The notes: generated from the sequence alone by a model not told the origin. A stretch of 11,149 nucleotides of DNA from a virus (IMGVR_UViG_2923302340_000010:1-11149), one strand, 5' to 3'. Positions 1 through 7,171 are shown, numbered from the stretch's first letter. Made by a program: numbers and translations.

Positions 1-285
1 TCACACTCCAACGCGAAGACAACGAACTTTCCTGAATGCCTTACCATTGGGCTGATGTAATCCCATTCCGGCATGTGCCCGGCTGATGGTTTCGCGCATC
101 TCCCCGAAATTATCCTGCTTTGCTGGTGGGCGTGCTGCCTTGTGGATACATTCCGCGCGACGTTTTGCCGCCTGTTCCCGTGCCTTGTCATCATTCGCCA
201 GCATGATGACCTCAGCCCACCGCGCCGCCGCTCTCCGGTACAGACCACGCGCTTCCAGTGCTTCCGCTTTGCTGTCGTGAATCAT
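1..285 (-). CDS. PerC-family transcriptional regulator-like small protein (94 aa)
   Basis: Complete ORF: ATG at 285..283, TGA at 3..1. The motif EARGLYRRAAARW matches my recollection of prophage PerC/Pch-type regulators. The ATG overlaps the stop of the upstream ProQ-like gene (ATGA), suggesting translational coupling. Confidence 0.5.
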   Translation of the reverse strand: MIHDSKAEALEARGLYRRAAARWAEVIMLANDDKAREQAAKRRAECIHKAARPPAKQDNFGEMRETISRAHAGMGLHQPNGKAFRKVRCLRVGV

Positions 286-812
286 GCGCCTGTTTTCTCC
301 TTTGCTGCCCGGCGCTGACGTTTGCGCTTCTCATTCAGCGCCATCAGCCGCGTTTCTGCGTCCTGTTGTTCCTGTGGTGTCACCTCGCCGCACGGCTGGC
401 CTTTCAGGTCGTAACGCGCCCCACCAGCAACCAGGGCGCGGTAATAGCGCGGAGACTGCGCATAAGATGCCAGCGTCGCACGTAATGCCCCTGGCCCAAA
501 TGCCAGCCCCCTGACGGCGAGATCCTGCATCAGGTCGTCGAATATCCCCACCTTAAGCGGCTTCGGTGCTTCCCGGCTGAATAAGTCAGGCCACAACTCA
601 GTGAGGCGGTTAACGCGCCTGCGGTTTTTGCGCTGGCGTTTGGTCATATGCCGCCACGGTGTCGCCCCTGTGGGCTTCTGCTGCGCGTTCTGATTACCGG
701 GCATCACTTTATATGCCGATGTGGTTTTATCCTGCTGTTGCGTCTCCTGTACCATTTTTGTGGCATACCGTAATTTCTGTTGATGGTCAGCTTTTCCATG
801 TGTACTTTTCAT
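282..812 (-). CDS. ProQ/FinO-domain RNA-binding protein (176 aa)
   Basis: The segment PLKVGIFDDLMQDLAVRG...GALRATLASYAQSPRYYRALVAGGARYDLKGQPCGEV resembles the ProQ N-terminal/FinO domain, with a basic K/R-rich C-terminus. ATG at 812 has no obvious SD; internal Met codons are possible alternative starts. Confidence 0.7.
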   Translation of the reverse strand: MKSTHGKADHQQKLRYATKMVQETQQQDKTTSAYKVMPGNQNAQQKPTGATPWRHMTKRQRKNRRRVNRLTELWPDLFSREAPKPLKVGIFDDLMQDLAVRGLAFGPGALRATLASYAQSPRYYRALVAGGARYDLKGQPCGEVTPQEQQDAETRLMALNEKRKRQRRAAKEKTGA

Positions 813-891
813 CGATATTATCCGTATTATCGTCGTTCCTTTTGATGGCTTATTTCTATAGAAATTTCTTTATTGCTTATTACCCAGATAA

Positions 892-1218
892 TTAACTGAC
901 TATTAGTGCTTTAATACTCAGGTACGCAGAAAGAATAACACCAATAAAAGAAGGGTACAGCAGAATCCCAAACAAAAACTTCATGTACTTATGTTTTCCT
1001 ATCACTTCGTTAATAACAGATATTATACTCAACATACATAATGCAATACTTATAGTTGCAATAAATGCAATAGTAAGCAAGATGAAATATCTTACACCTG
1101 TTTGAGAAGATAAATTTGCAATTATACCTATCATAACGAGACTCTGTATAATCCCGAAAGACAAAGCACCAGAAGACTTTTCCACTATTTCACTAAATTT
1201 CTTCACAAAGTAAATCAT
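892..1218 (-). CDS. Small hydrophobic membrane protein, hypothetical (about 108 aa, predicted multi-pass)
   Basis: Strongly AT-rich ORF. ATG at 1218..1216 is preceded by AAGGTGA at 5-nt spacing (the track start at 1227 is GTG). The protein is dominated by I/L/F/V stretches consistent with about three transmembrane helices. TAA at 892..894. Confidence 0.55.
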   Translation of the reverse strand: MIYFVKKFSEIVEKSSGALSFGIIQSLVMIGIIANLSSQTGVRYFILLTIAFIATISIALCMLSIISVINEVIGKHKYMKFLFGILLYPSFIGVILSAYLSIKALIVS

Positions 1219-1295
1219 ATATATCACCTTTATATAACGCTATGCTAAGGTTTATTTATACGATATCCCCAAATGGTATTCCATCACCGTACGGA

Positions 1296-1514
1296 TCACT
1301 CTGCTGGCCTTTTTTGCCGCCCGGCCGCACCGTTCGCGCACTGATTACGCTGTCTGCGATAACCAGACCAGCCACGTTTCGCCGTTCCGTCATCTGCCTG
1401 GCTGCGCGGAAGGGGAACTGCCATACTCGCCATTGCCATTGGTGTTCCCTTGCTGGTGGTTTTTGAGTGCAGATCAGCCACCTGCTGCCCGTAAGCGGAT
1501 ATTTGTACCGTCAT
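1296..1514 (-). CDS. Hypothetical small protein (72 aa)
   Basis: ATG at 1514, TGA at 1296..1298; the ATG overlaps the stop region of the upstream 66-aa ORF (ATGA at 1511..1514). No recognisable motif; a plus-strand ORF overlaps it. Confidence 0.35.
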   Translation of the reverse strand: MTVQISAYGQQVADLHSKTTSKGTPMAMASMAVPLPRSQADDGTAKRGWSGYRRQRNQCANGAAGRQKRPAE

Positions 1515-1711
1515 GCTGTTTGCTCTCCGGTTTTAACGTTGATGATTGTCACCTGTTCAGCTTCGGCAATCTCCCGTTCTGTCAGCGTGGCAAAGTTTGC
1601 CGCTGCCGTTGTCATGAATGCGCTTATCAGTTCGGGATGTACTTTCGCGTATCCTTCCCCGGCGTTGCGGTCGATAATTTTTATCGCCCCCCTCAGCCTG
1701 TGTTCTGTCAA
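1511..1711 (-). CDS. Hypothetical small protein (66 aa; start uncertain)
   Basis: The track ORF begins with TTG at 1711 and has no clear SD; an internal ATG at 1615 is an alternative. The sequence looks protein-like (AIKIIDRNAGEGYAKVHPELISAF) and lies just downstream of the iteron cluster. Confidence 0.3.
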   Translation of the reverse strand: MTEHRLRGAIKIIDRNAGEGYAKVHPELISAFMTTAAANFATLTEREIAEAEQVTIINVKTGEQTA

Positions 1712-1799
1712 ATCAAGGGCGTGAGATTGTGTTTTTTGTGTGTTTCGTTGTCACAGCCTTTACCTCACAGCAATAAAATAAAATTTTTGCATTTTAACC

Positions 1800-2030
1800 C
1801 TTCACCTGTTCACCTTTTTCCGTTTCTCCTTTTAATTCATTGTGTTAAGGGGTGAACAGTTTCACAAAAACTATTCACCAACTGTTCACCACTGTTCACC
1901 CTTAAAGCTCAACAAATAATCAAAAAGGTGAACAGTGAATAGTTTGATGAACAGTTCATGAATAACTGTTCACCCTATAACCAACTGATATAGAACACAT
2001 TTATTACAGGGTGAACAGTGATGAACAGTT
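1800..2030. repeat. Iteron cluster of TGTTCACC/GGTGAACA octamers (P4 ori/crr-type replication origin region)
   Basis: Direct copies of TGTTCACC at 1807, 1883, 1893 and 1967; inverted copies GGTGAACA at 1851, 1927 and 2010; degenerate copies (ATTCACC, ATGAACAG) at 1873, 1947 and 2021. AT-rich context, starting immediately after the stop of the primase C-terminal ORF. Confidence 0.75.
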
Positions 2031-2041
2031 ATTCCATAAGT

Positions 2042-2386
2042 TTAATTTTTGCCATCGTCATTTGTGACCGATGCACATGAGGGCATCCAGTCTTCTGAAT
2101 CCTCTGTCAGTATCACGTTTGAACGCAAGCCATGCTTCGTTTTCCGTTTCATATACTCCCTGCCGTATTCCGCCATTGCCCCTGGCATATCCTTACCGAA
2201 GCGTGTCAGTGTTACGGGCTTACCGAATCCGTGTGCCCTCATATACGCCAGATAGGCGTGATAGAGATACCTGCGCGGGCTGAACGGAATAATTTCAGCA
2301 TTACCCACTAACAGGCCATCGCACATTACCGACGACATGAGATAGCCGCAGAAGTCCACCAGCGAATCGCCCTCGCGTTTTATCAC
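2042..2386 (-). CDS. C-terminal fragment of the P4 alpha-like primase/helicase (putative origin-binding domain), split from the upstream ORF by an in-frame TAG
   Basis: Same reading frame as 2438..3841. The 17 codons between the TAG at 2438..2440 and the GTG at 2386 are open (read-through gives ...LLTRFSD*DEAKRLLYEQQKSEEALVIKREGDS...). The pattern YLYHAYLAYMRAHGFGKPVTLTRFGKDM resembles the conserved C-terminal region of P4-family primases. Weak RBS before the GTG. Confidence 0.6.
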   Translation of the reverse strand: MIKREGDSLVDFCGYLMSSVMCDGLLVGNAEIIPFSPRRYLYHAYLAYMRAHGFGKPVTLTRFGKDMPGAMAEYGREYMKRKTKHGLRSNVILTEDSEDWMPSCASVTNDDGKN

Positions 2387-2437
2387 CAGGGCTTCTTCTG
2401 ATTTCTGCTGCTCATATAGCAGGCGTTTAGCTTCGTC

Positions 2438-3841
2438 CTAGTCAGAAAAGCGTGTAAGCAGGTGGCGAATCACTACCGCCAGCTCTCCTTCTATTTTTTC
2501 AGCCAGCATAGGGTCACGTTCGTTCTCCGGTACAACTTCCGAAAAATTGAATATTACCCGACGACGTGATATCCCACCGCTGCGGTCACTGAATGACATG
2601 GCGTTATTGTTCACCGCCAGCACGACCGCCTGAATGCGTGTTGAGTAGGGGGCTTTATGTTTCGGGTCGATTGCCACCTTATCACCGCCTGTAATGGCCT
2701 TAATCCCTGCACCATCACCAGCGTAACGGGTCATATCCGGCATGATAATCAGCGAAAAGCCAACCACTAACGCACGTTCCCTGGCATCTTCCAGCGCCTT
2801 CATGCTTGCCGATACCGTGTTGGCCTTACCCGCCAGCATAGTGCAAATCTCCGCCATTACGCTTTTACCGCTTCCACCCGGCCCCGTTACCTCAAGAAAT
2901 AACTGCCAGTCGTACCGATTCGCCAGCACCATGAATAACGCCGCCAGTACGCGATCTGCCTTGCGGTCATTCTCAGCCACCGAACGGCGCAACCACTTCC
3001 AGAAATTCGGCGCATGTGTTGCCAGCGTTTCCCCCTCTGCTGGTGGGCTGAAAGGTAATTCACTGGCAATTAACAACCAGTCGTTTTTGTTATGCTCCCG
3101 AAAATTACCAGTTCTGGTATCAAATACCCCGTTACTGAATCCAATCAGGTTACGGGCTGTATTCCCCATTACGGGCAAACTTAACTTCATGGTATCGACC
3201 GCCGATTTGATGGCGTTCTGCGAATAGCTGATTTCCGCATCAATAAAAATCTGCGCCATAGTCCGCTGTAACTCTTTATCCTGTACCGGCTCCCATACAA
3301 CACCGTTGTAGTGGTGAACGGTGTCAGAATCCGCATTGATTGCCAGTTCACCGCCATAATGTGCCAGGAGAACTTCGCCGCGCTGGCTGGCTCCCATCTG
3401 ATTTAGTGCTGGCCTGGGTAGGTCAATATTTTTTGTGGCTAATTTCATCGCTGAAACTTCCCCACTCTCTGCCTGTTCGCGGATCCGTTGCAGGTAGTCG
3501 CGCCAGTTTTCCGGCTCCCGGTCGGTGATACCTTTGTATAATTTCGCGTCCTGTACGCCAGCCAGTGCCAGTTTTTCAGCGATAGCATTGATCTGGATTG
3601 GTTCGATCTCCCCCGCGAGATAGACACGCGCAAAGCGGCGTTCATCGTCGACAATGCGGATATTCGCCAGGTCTGCCAGTTGCTTTGGCCCCAGGTAAAC
3701 AGGTGGTACGTTATCGCCGTGTTTTCGTCCTTCGCTTTCAATCCAGTGTTGAGCATGGGCGTAAGCATCCGTCCCGGCAAAAATGATTACCTCAGTGAAT
3801 TTATCCTTCGGCTGATATTTCAAACTCGGTGCGTTTTTCAC
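2438..3841 (-). CDS. P4 alpha-like primase/helicase (D5/P4-family P-loop NTPase), truncated by an in-frame TAG at 2438..2440
   Basis: 467-aa ORF with Walker A motif GPGGSGKS. GTG start at 3841 is preceded by GGGAGGT and overlaps the stop of the upstream gene (GTGA). Together with 2042..2386 it would make a roughly 600-aa protein. Confidence 0.85.
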   Translation of the reverse strand: MKNAPSLKYQPKDKFTEVIIFAGTDAYAHAQHWIESEGRKHGDNVPPVYLGPKQLADLANIRIVDDERRFARVYLAGEIEPIQINAIAEKLALAGVQDAKLYKGITDREPENWRDYLQRIREQAESGEVSAMKLATKNIDLPRPALNQMGASQRGEVLLAHYGGELAINADSDTVHHYNGVVWEPVQDKELQRTMAQIFIDAEISYSQNAIKSAVDTMKLSLPVMGNTARNLIGFSNGVFDTRTGNFREHNKNDWLLIASELPFSPPAEGETLATHAPNFWKWLRRSVAENDRKADRVLAALFMVLANRYDWQLFLEVTGPGGSGKSVMAEICTMLAGKANTVSASMKALEDARERALVVGFSLIIMPDMTRYAGDGAGIKAITGGDKVAIDPKHKAPYSTRIQAVVLAVNNNAMSFSDRSGGISRRRVIFNFSEVVPENERDPMLAEKIEGELAVVIRHLLTRFSD

Positions 3842-4128
3842 TTCTTACCTCCCGCAACCAACATTGCCCGGATTTTTTTAATATTCGTGGCTGCACGTCT
3901 TGCCACTGCCTGTTGTTTGTTTTCAACCAGAATAAAATCACGCTCAAACTGACGGCGCGGCATTACGCAGTCATATTCGTAAGCCTCACGGCGGTAGGTG
4001 ATATTGCCTGGCGTAACGTGACGAATAACCACTCGTCCCCCACGTCTGGTGTCGCGGTAAATATCGCCGTGTCTGATTTCAGGCCGAGCGGGGCCGCTGG
4101 CAGTAAAGCCAGAATTTTTCTTTTTCAT
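3838..4128 (-). CDS. Hypothetical basic protein (96 aa), coupled to the primase start
   Basis: ATG at 4128, TGA at 3838..3840 overlapping the primase GTG. Arg/Lys-rich; no motif recognised. Confidence 0.55.
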   Translation of the reverse strand: MKKKNSGFTASGPARPEIRHGDIYRDTRRGGRVVIRHVTPGNITYRREAYEYDCVMPRRQFERDFILVENKQQAVARRAATNIKKIRAMLVAGGKK

Positions 4129-4132
4129 GGTT

Positions 4133-4333
4133 TTATTTTCCTGTCAGCAGTTCCGGTTTTATTTCCGCACGAATACAAAGTTCAGAAAAAAATTCAGGAG
4201 AACCAACAATCTCATTACTTTTCAGTCGGCATTGTGATTTCACTTTCCCTTTATCCAGGTAAACCAGTACGCGTCCGGTGAAATCATCTGGCACACTCAG
4301 GGTAATTGTCATTGTTGCTTGCTGATTATCCAT
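4133..4333 (-). CDS. Hypothetical protein (66 aa)
   Basis: ATG at 4333 preceded by a GGGGGTGA SD; overlaps the stop of the upstream gene by 8 nt; TAA at 4133..4135. Confidence 0.5.
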   Translation of the reverse strand: MDNQQATMTITLSVPDDFTGRVLVYLDKGKVKSQCRLKSNEIVGSPEFFSELCIRAEIKPELLTGK

Positions 4334-4691
4334 GATTCACCCCCTGAATAACCTGATAACCGCAACTGGTCAGCAATTCGATAAATTCCGGCAGTGTGCC
4401 GAAACAGCAATCATCACGCATACGTTCGCGGGATACCTCAACGCCGTTTTCGTAGTGACTCACCATGCGTCCAGTAAAATGCAGATCATCATCGTGATGG
4501 CACGTTGACGGCTTAATCAGTCGCGCACGTTCTGCCAGTTCCAGCAATGCTTCAACGCTTCCGGCAATTGCACCATCCGGCAGGTGATAATTACTTACCA
4601 CGCGTCCATTCTCCACGTTGACCAGTAGCTGCCCGGAAAATATCTCGTCAAACTGAATGCTGTTAAGGTCAGAAATTGACAGGTTATGCAT
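4326..4691 (-). CDS. Hypothetical protein (121 aa)
   Basis: ATG at 4691 preceded by CAGGAGGTG at ideal spacing (the track's longer start at 4709 is less likely); 8-nt overlap (ATGCATAA) with the upstream gene's stop. Confidence 0.55.
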   Translation of the reverse strand: MHNLSISDLNSIQFDEIFSGQLLVNVENGRVVSNYHLPDGAIAGSVEALLELAERARLIKPSTCHHDDDLHFTGRMVSHYENGVEVSRERMRDDCCFGTLPEFIELLTSCGYQVIQGVNHG

Positions 4692-4908
4692 GGTGCACCT
4701 CCTGCACATCAGCCATGATAATTTTTCCGGCCTTATCCAGTGCCTGATCGGCTTTTAGCTGCACAAATGCTAAATAATGGGAGATGCATTCTGATTCTCT
4801 GGCTGCGTGTTTATGCGCCACACCAGCGATAGCAGAAATCTCAATAAGTGAATCCATCAGCGTTTTGATAGCGTCTACCGCTGCATCAGGCCATGTTGCA
4901 TTACACAT
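4684..4908 (-). CDS. Hypothetical protein (74 aa)
   Basis: ATG at 4908 preceded by CAGGAGGTGG; overlaps the stop of the upstream gene (ATGTGTAA). Confidence 0.5.
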   Translation of the reverse strand: MCNATWPDAAVDAIKTLMDSLIEISAIAGVAHKHAARESECISHYLAFVQLKADQALDKAGKIIMADVQEVHHA

Positions 4909-5266
4909 GTTCCACCTCCTGGCGAATGCGGGCAGCGAATACCATCACGCAGCCATCAGGAGATTGCTGGCGTGCTTCCTGTTCGCTGGTGGCCTCGATG
5001 TGAATTACACGCGGTTGTGCTGTGCTCAGGGCGATAAAACGCCATATAAAATTGTTTTCGCATTTCTGAATAAACAGCGTGTTTTCTTCGCGCCCTTTCC
5101 ATGTTGCCGAGATATAGCCCATATCATTGAGCATCTTGCAGGCATCCACCAGCGTATCAGCGGCTACGTGTACAGTGTTTTTACCGTCAGCCATGCAATC
5201 ACGGTGCACCGCCAGGAAGGTGTATATAAATTTAGGGTGAGTTTGGGTATGCTGTATTCCAGCCAT
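4901..5266 (-). CDS. Hypothetical protein (121 aa), first gene of the operon leading into the primase
   Basis: Internal ATG at 5266..5264 of the 384-aa track ORF, preceded by GAGGT at about 8 nt. Upstream of it the frame yields low-complexity Ser/Cys-rich sequence and overlaps the plus-strand regulator gene, so the long ORF is an artefact. Confidence 0.55.
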   Translation of the reverse strand: MAGIQHTQTHPKFIYTFLAVHRDCMADGKNTVHVAADTLVDACKMLNDMGYISATWKGREENTLFIQKCENNFIWRFIALSTAQPRVIHIEATSEQEARQQSPDGCVMVFAARIRQEVEHV

Positions 5267-5353
5267 AATCGTTACCTCATTTAACGGTTTGGTTAGAAGC
5301 CCGGTTAGTGTTCGCGCACTGCCGGGTTTCGTCGTTTTTATGAATCGCTCATT

Positions 5354-5455
5354 GTGAGATACATAGCGACCTCCATGTGAGATACACATTATATTGTGGT
5401 GATATACATTGCAAGTGTTTTTATATCTCACTTTTGTGTATAGTGATATACACAT
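5354..5455. promoter_or_regulatory. Phased operator-like repeat array GTGA(G/T)ATACA(CA)T in the divergent intergenic region
   Basis: Direct copies at 5354..5364, 5377..5389, 5399..5409 and 5443..5455, plus an inverted copy ATATCTCAC at 5423..5431, spaced about 22-23 bp apart (two helical turns). A possible extended -10 (TGTGTATAGT, about 5435..5444) faces the plus-strand gene. Confidence 0.5.
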
Positions 5456-5474
5456 AACAAATTGGTGATTAACT

Positions 5475-5777
5475 ATGTCTGTATACAAAAATGCAAAATC
5501 GCAAATGACAACGATCAGGGTTCCCCACGATGTTATGGAGGGCATGGAATCCGTAAAACTGGACGGCGAAAGCAACGCCGGATTCATAGTAACCGCCATG
5601 CGCGGTGAGATCGCTCGCCGCCAGGCAGAAGGAAGAGGAGAAAATCCCCTGGTTTCTTCGCTCGATGCACTGGCGCAGGTGGAAAAAATCGGTGTCAAAG
5701 CTGCCGAGGAGATCGGGCAACTCGTCACCGTCGCGCGTGAAGAACTCCAGCGCCGCAAGGCCAAAGAACAGGAGTAG
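5475..5777 (+). CDS. Small DNA-binding regulator, putative ribbon-helix-helix (CopG/Arc-like) repressor (100 aa)
   Basis: ATG at 5475 with GGTGA 6 nt upstream; TAG at 5775..5777. TTIRVPHDV (beta-strand), then a helix, a NAG turn and a second helix (FIVTAMRGEIARR) fit the RHH pattern; charged helical C-terminus. It is the only convincing plus-strand gene in the element and is divergent from the small-gene operon. Confidence 0.5.
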   Translation: MSVYKNAKSQMTTIRVPHDVMEGMESVKLDGESNAGFIVTAMRGEIARRQAEGRGENPLVSSLDALAQVEKIGVKAAEEIGQLVTVAREELQRRKAKEQE

Positions 5778-6047
5778 TTGATCAGCACCGGGCGACCAGA
5801 AAAAATCGCATCAGTCGCACCACCAGCAAAATTTTTTGCTTTCCGGACAGCGTGACCAACGACATTTTGCAGCAAAATATTCTGCATTTCTGGCGTGCTG
5901 TAGTAACGGTGATCAGCGCCTTCACTCTGTGCGACCACAACGCTATAATCTGCCTCGTAGACAGTAAGCAATATGGCGCAGTAGGCTATTCGTTCACAAA
6001 GGCGCTCCGGCAACGGGGCGCTTTCTCTTTTTGTAACGGTCAGAGCG

Positions 6048-6896
6048 TTACACATGGCTGTTTTCCTCCATGCGGCGGGCTAACCAACGCTGCGAAAGAC
6101 GAATTAATTCAGCTTTCCGCTGGTGGTAGTCCTGGCCTAACTCAATCAGCGTGATATTGCTCTGCTCAAGGTAAGAAAGGTGCTCAAGCTGCAACGTGCT
6201 CATGTGGTCGCGTGGTTCGCCTGTGATGCCGTTCGCCAGTGCCCACTGTTTTGCAGTCATGCCACCCAGCACGATACGCGCCAGCATATTGGCTTCCGTG
6301 GTGTAGTGGTGCTGGAACGTGCTTTTACCCAGTTCAGCCCGGTACGCCTCCAGCGCGGCGCACATCGGCTTAAAGTAGCTGGCAACGGTGATACGGGCTT
6401 TCAGTTCCCGGCGTAACGCTGCGGAACGCACTGGCGCCACCTTGTGTAGATCCTCCTCGCATTTGATGAAATACTGGCGAACGGCGCGGCCTTGTTCGGT
6501 GCGTTCGACCATCGCCAGTTCTTTCGCCATGTTCGTGGAGATCAAATAGTCTTCACTGCGGCGATCACCGCCGCGCTTTGTTGTCCAATCAGAATCAAAC
6601 TGTTCAATATTTACACTTTGGTTCCCCCGTTTCGGGGAATCAAAGTACAAATTTTCTACAACTTCAAAATCCACGCCATTTTTAAATCCGTACTCATCAA
6701 TACGTCCTTTAATCCAGGTAGTGAAATCACGGCCTACCCCGAGCGCCTTATACAACGCTCTGGCGCTAACAATATTGGTTTCACGCCCGCCAATAACGCC
6801 GGAAATAACCGGGATAATTTCGCCAAAATTTTGCAGATTCTGGTTTTCAGGCCGAACGAAGCCCTGCCCCTGTACGGGCGTTTTTGGAAATTTCAT
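6048..6896 (-). CDS. Phage antirepressor-like protein with N-terminal AntA/Bro-N-type domain (282 aa)
   Basis: ATG at 6896 preceded by AGGAG; TAA at 6048..6050. ALYKALGVGRDFTTWIKGRIDEYGF and NMAKELAMVERTEQGRAVRQYFIKCEE match the conserved blocks of phage Ant/Bro-N antirepressor N-domains as I recall them. Confidence 0.7.
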   Translation of the reverse strand: MKFPKTPVQGQGFVRPENQNLQNFGEIIPVISGVIGGRETNIVSARALYKALGVGRDFTTWIKGRIDEYGFKNGVDFEVVENLYFDSPKRGNQSVNIEQFDSDWTTKRGGDRRSEDYLISTNMAKELAMVERTEQGRAVRQYFIKCEEDLHKVAPVRSAALRRELKARITVASYFKPMCAALEAYRAELGKSTFQHHYTTEANMLARIVLGGMTAKQWALANGITGEPRDHMSTLQLEHLSYLEQSNITLIELGQDYHQRKAELIRLSQRWLARRMEENSHV

Positions 6897-6973
6897 AAAA
6901 ACTCCTGCTATCGAATTAAGTTACTTTTATTTGCTGGTGGATAGCTGGGGGCAATAGCCCCGTAGCCATTTAA

Positions 6974-7171
6974 TCAGGTAGCTGTTCCGCGTGATTCTGC
7001 AATACGCTGATTAATCCACTCGTCAATTTCACTCTCAACGAAAGCAATCGCTCGCGAGCCAATTTTAACTGATGCAGGAAATTTACCTTGCCCCATAAGG
7101 CGATAAATCCATGCCTTGCTATATCCAGTTCTACGCTGAACTTCTGTTAAACGAATAAGCGTATTTGACAT
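6974..7171 (-). CDS. alpA: AlpA-family phage regulatory protein (MerR-like HTH; excisionase/transcriptional activator type, 65 aa)
   Basis: LTEVQRRTGYSKAWIYRLMGQGKFP...ESEIDEWINQR matches the AlpA/Vis family pattern (HTH followed by EIDEW). ATG at 7171 preceded by GAGGT; TGA at 6974..6976. Confidence 0.85.
   Translation of the reverse strand: MSNTLIRLTEVQRRTGYSKAWIYRLMGQGKFPASVKIGSRAIAFVESEIDEWINQRIAESRGTAT

Noticed and set aside
1433-1855. 140-aa plus-strand ORF spanning the small minus-strand ORFs and the iterons
   Set aside because: Cys-rich, no RBS, runs through the iteron cluster, and is antisense to better-supported ORFs.
1800-2030. Possible CRISPR array
   Set aside because: The repeat unit is only 8 bp, occurs in both orientations with irregular spacing and no spacer structure, and matches replication iterons. 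The same reasoning excludes the 7241..7385 array.
2742-3227. 161-aa plus-strand ORF and other antisense ORFs inside the primase (2887..3069, 3445..3780, 3598..3786)
   Set aside because: They lie entirely within the strongly supported primase/helicase CDS; antisense ORFs of this size are expected by chance in GC-rich coding sequence.
4901-6055. 384-aa minus-strand ORF from the track
   Set aside because: Only the C-terminal 121 aa (from the ATG at 5266 with its SD) look like a protein. The upstream 263 aa are Ser/Cys-rich low-complexity sequence running through the operator repeats, the plus-strand regulator gene and the 3' end of the antirepressor-like gene; this is an open-frame artefact.
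5852-6154. 100-aa plus-strand ORF considered as a possible toxin partner of the RHH-like gene
   Set aside because: It overlaps the well-supported antirepressor-like CDS by about 100 nt on the opposite strand, has no RBS, and its sequence is not protein-like.
6947-6961. GGGGC-AATA-GCCCC hairpin between alpA and the antirepressor-like gene as an intrinsic terminator
   Set aside because: There is no U-tract after the stem on the transcribed strand, and the next gene's RBS follows closely, so alpA and the antirepressor-like gene are more likely co-transcribed.
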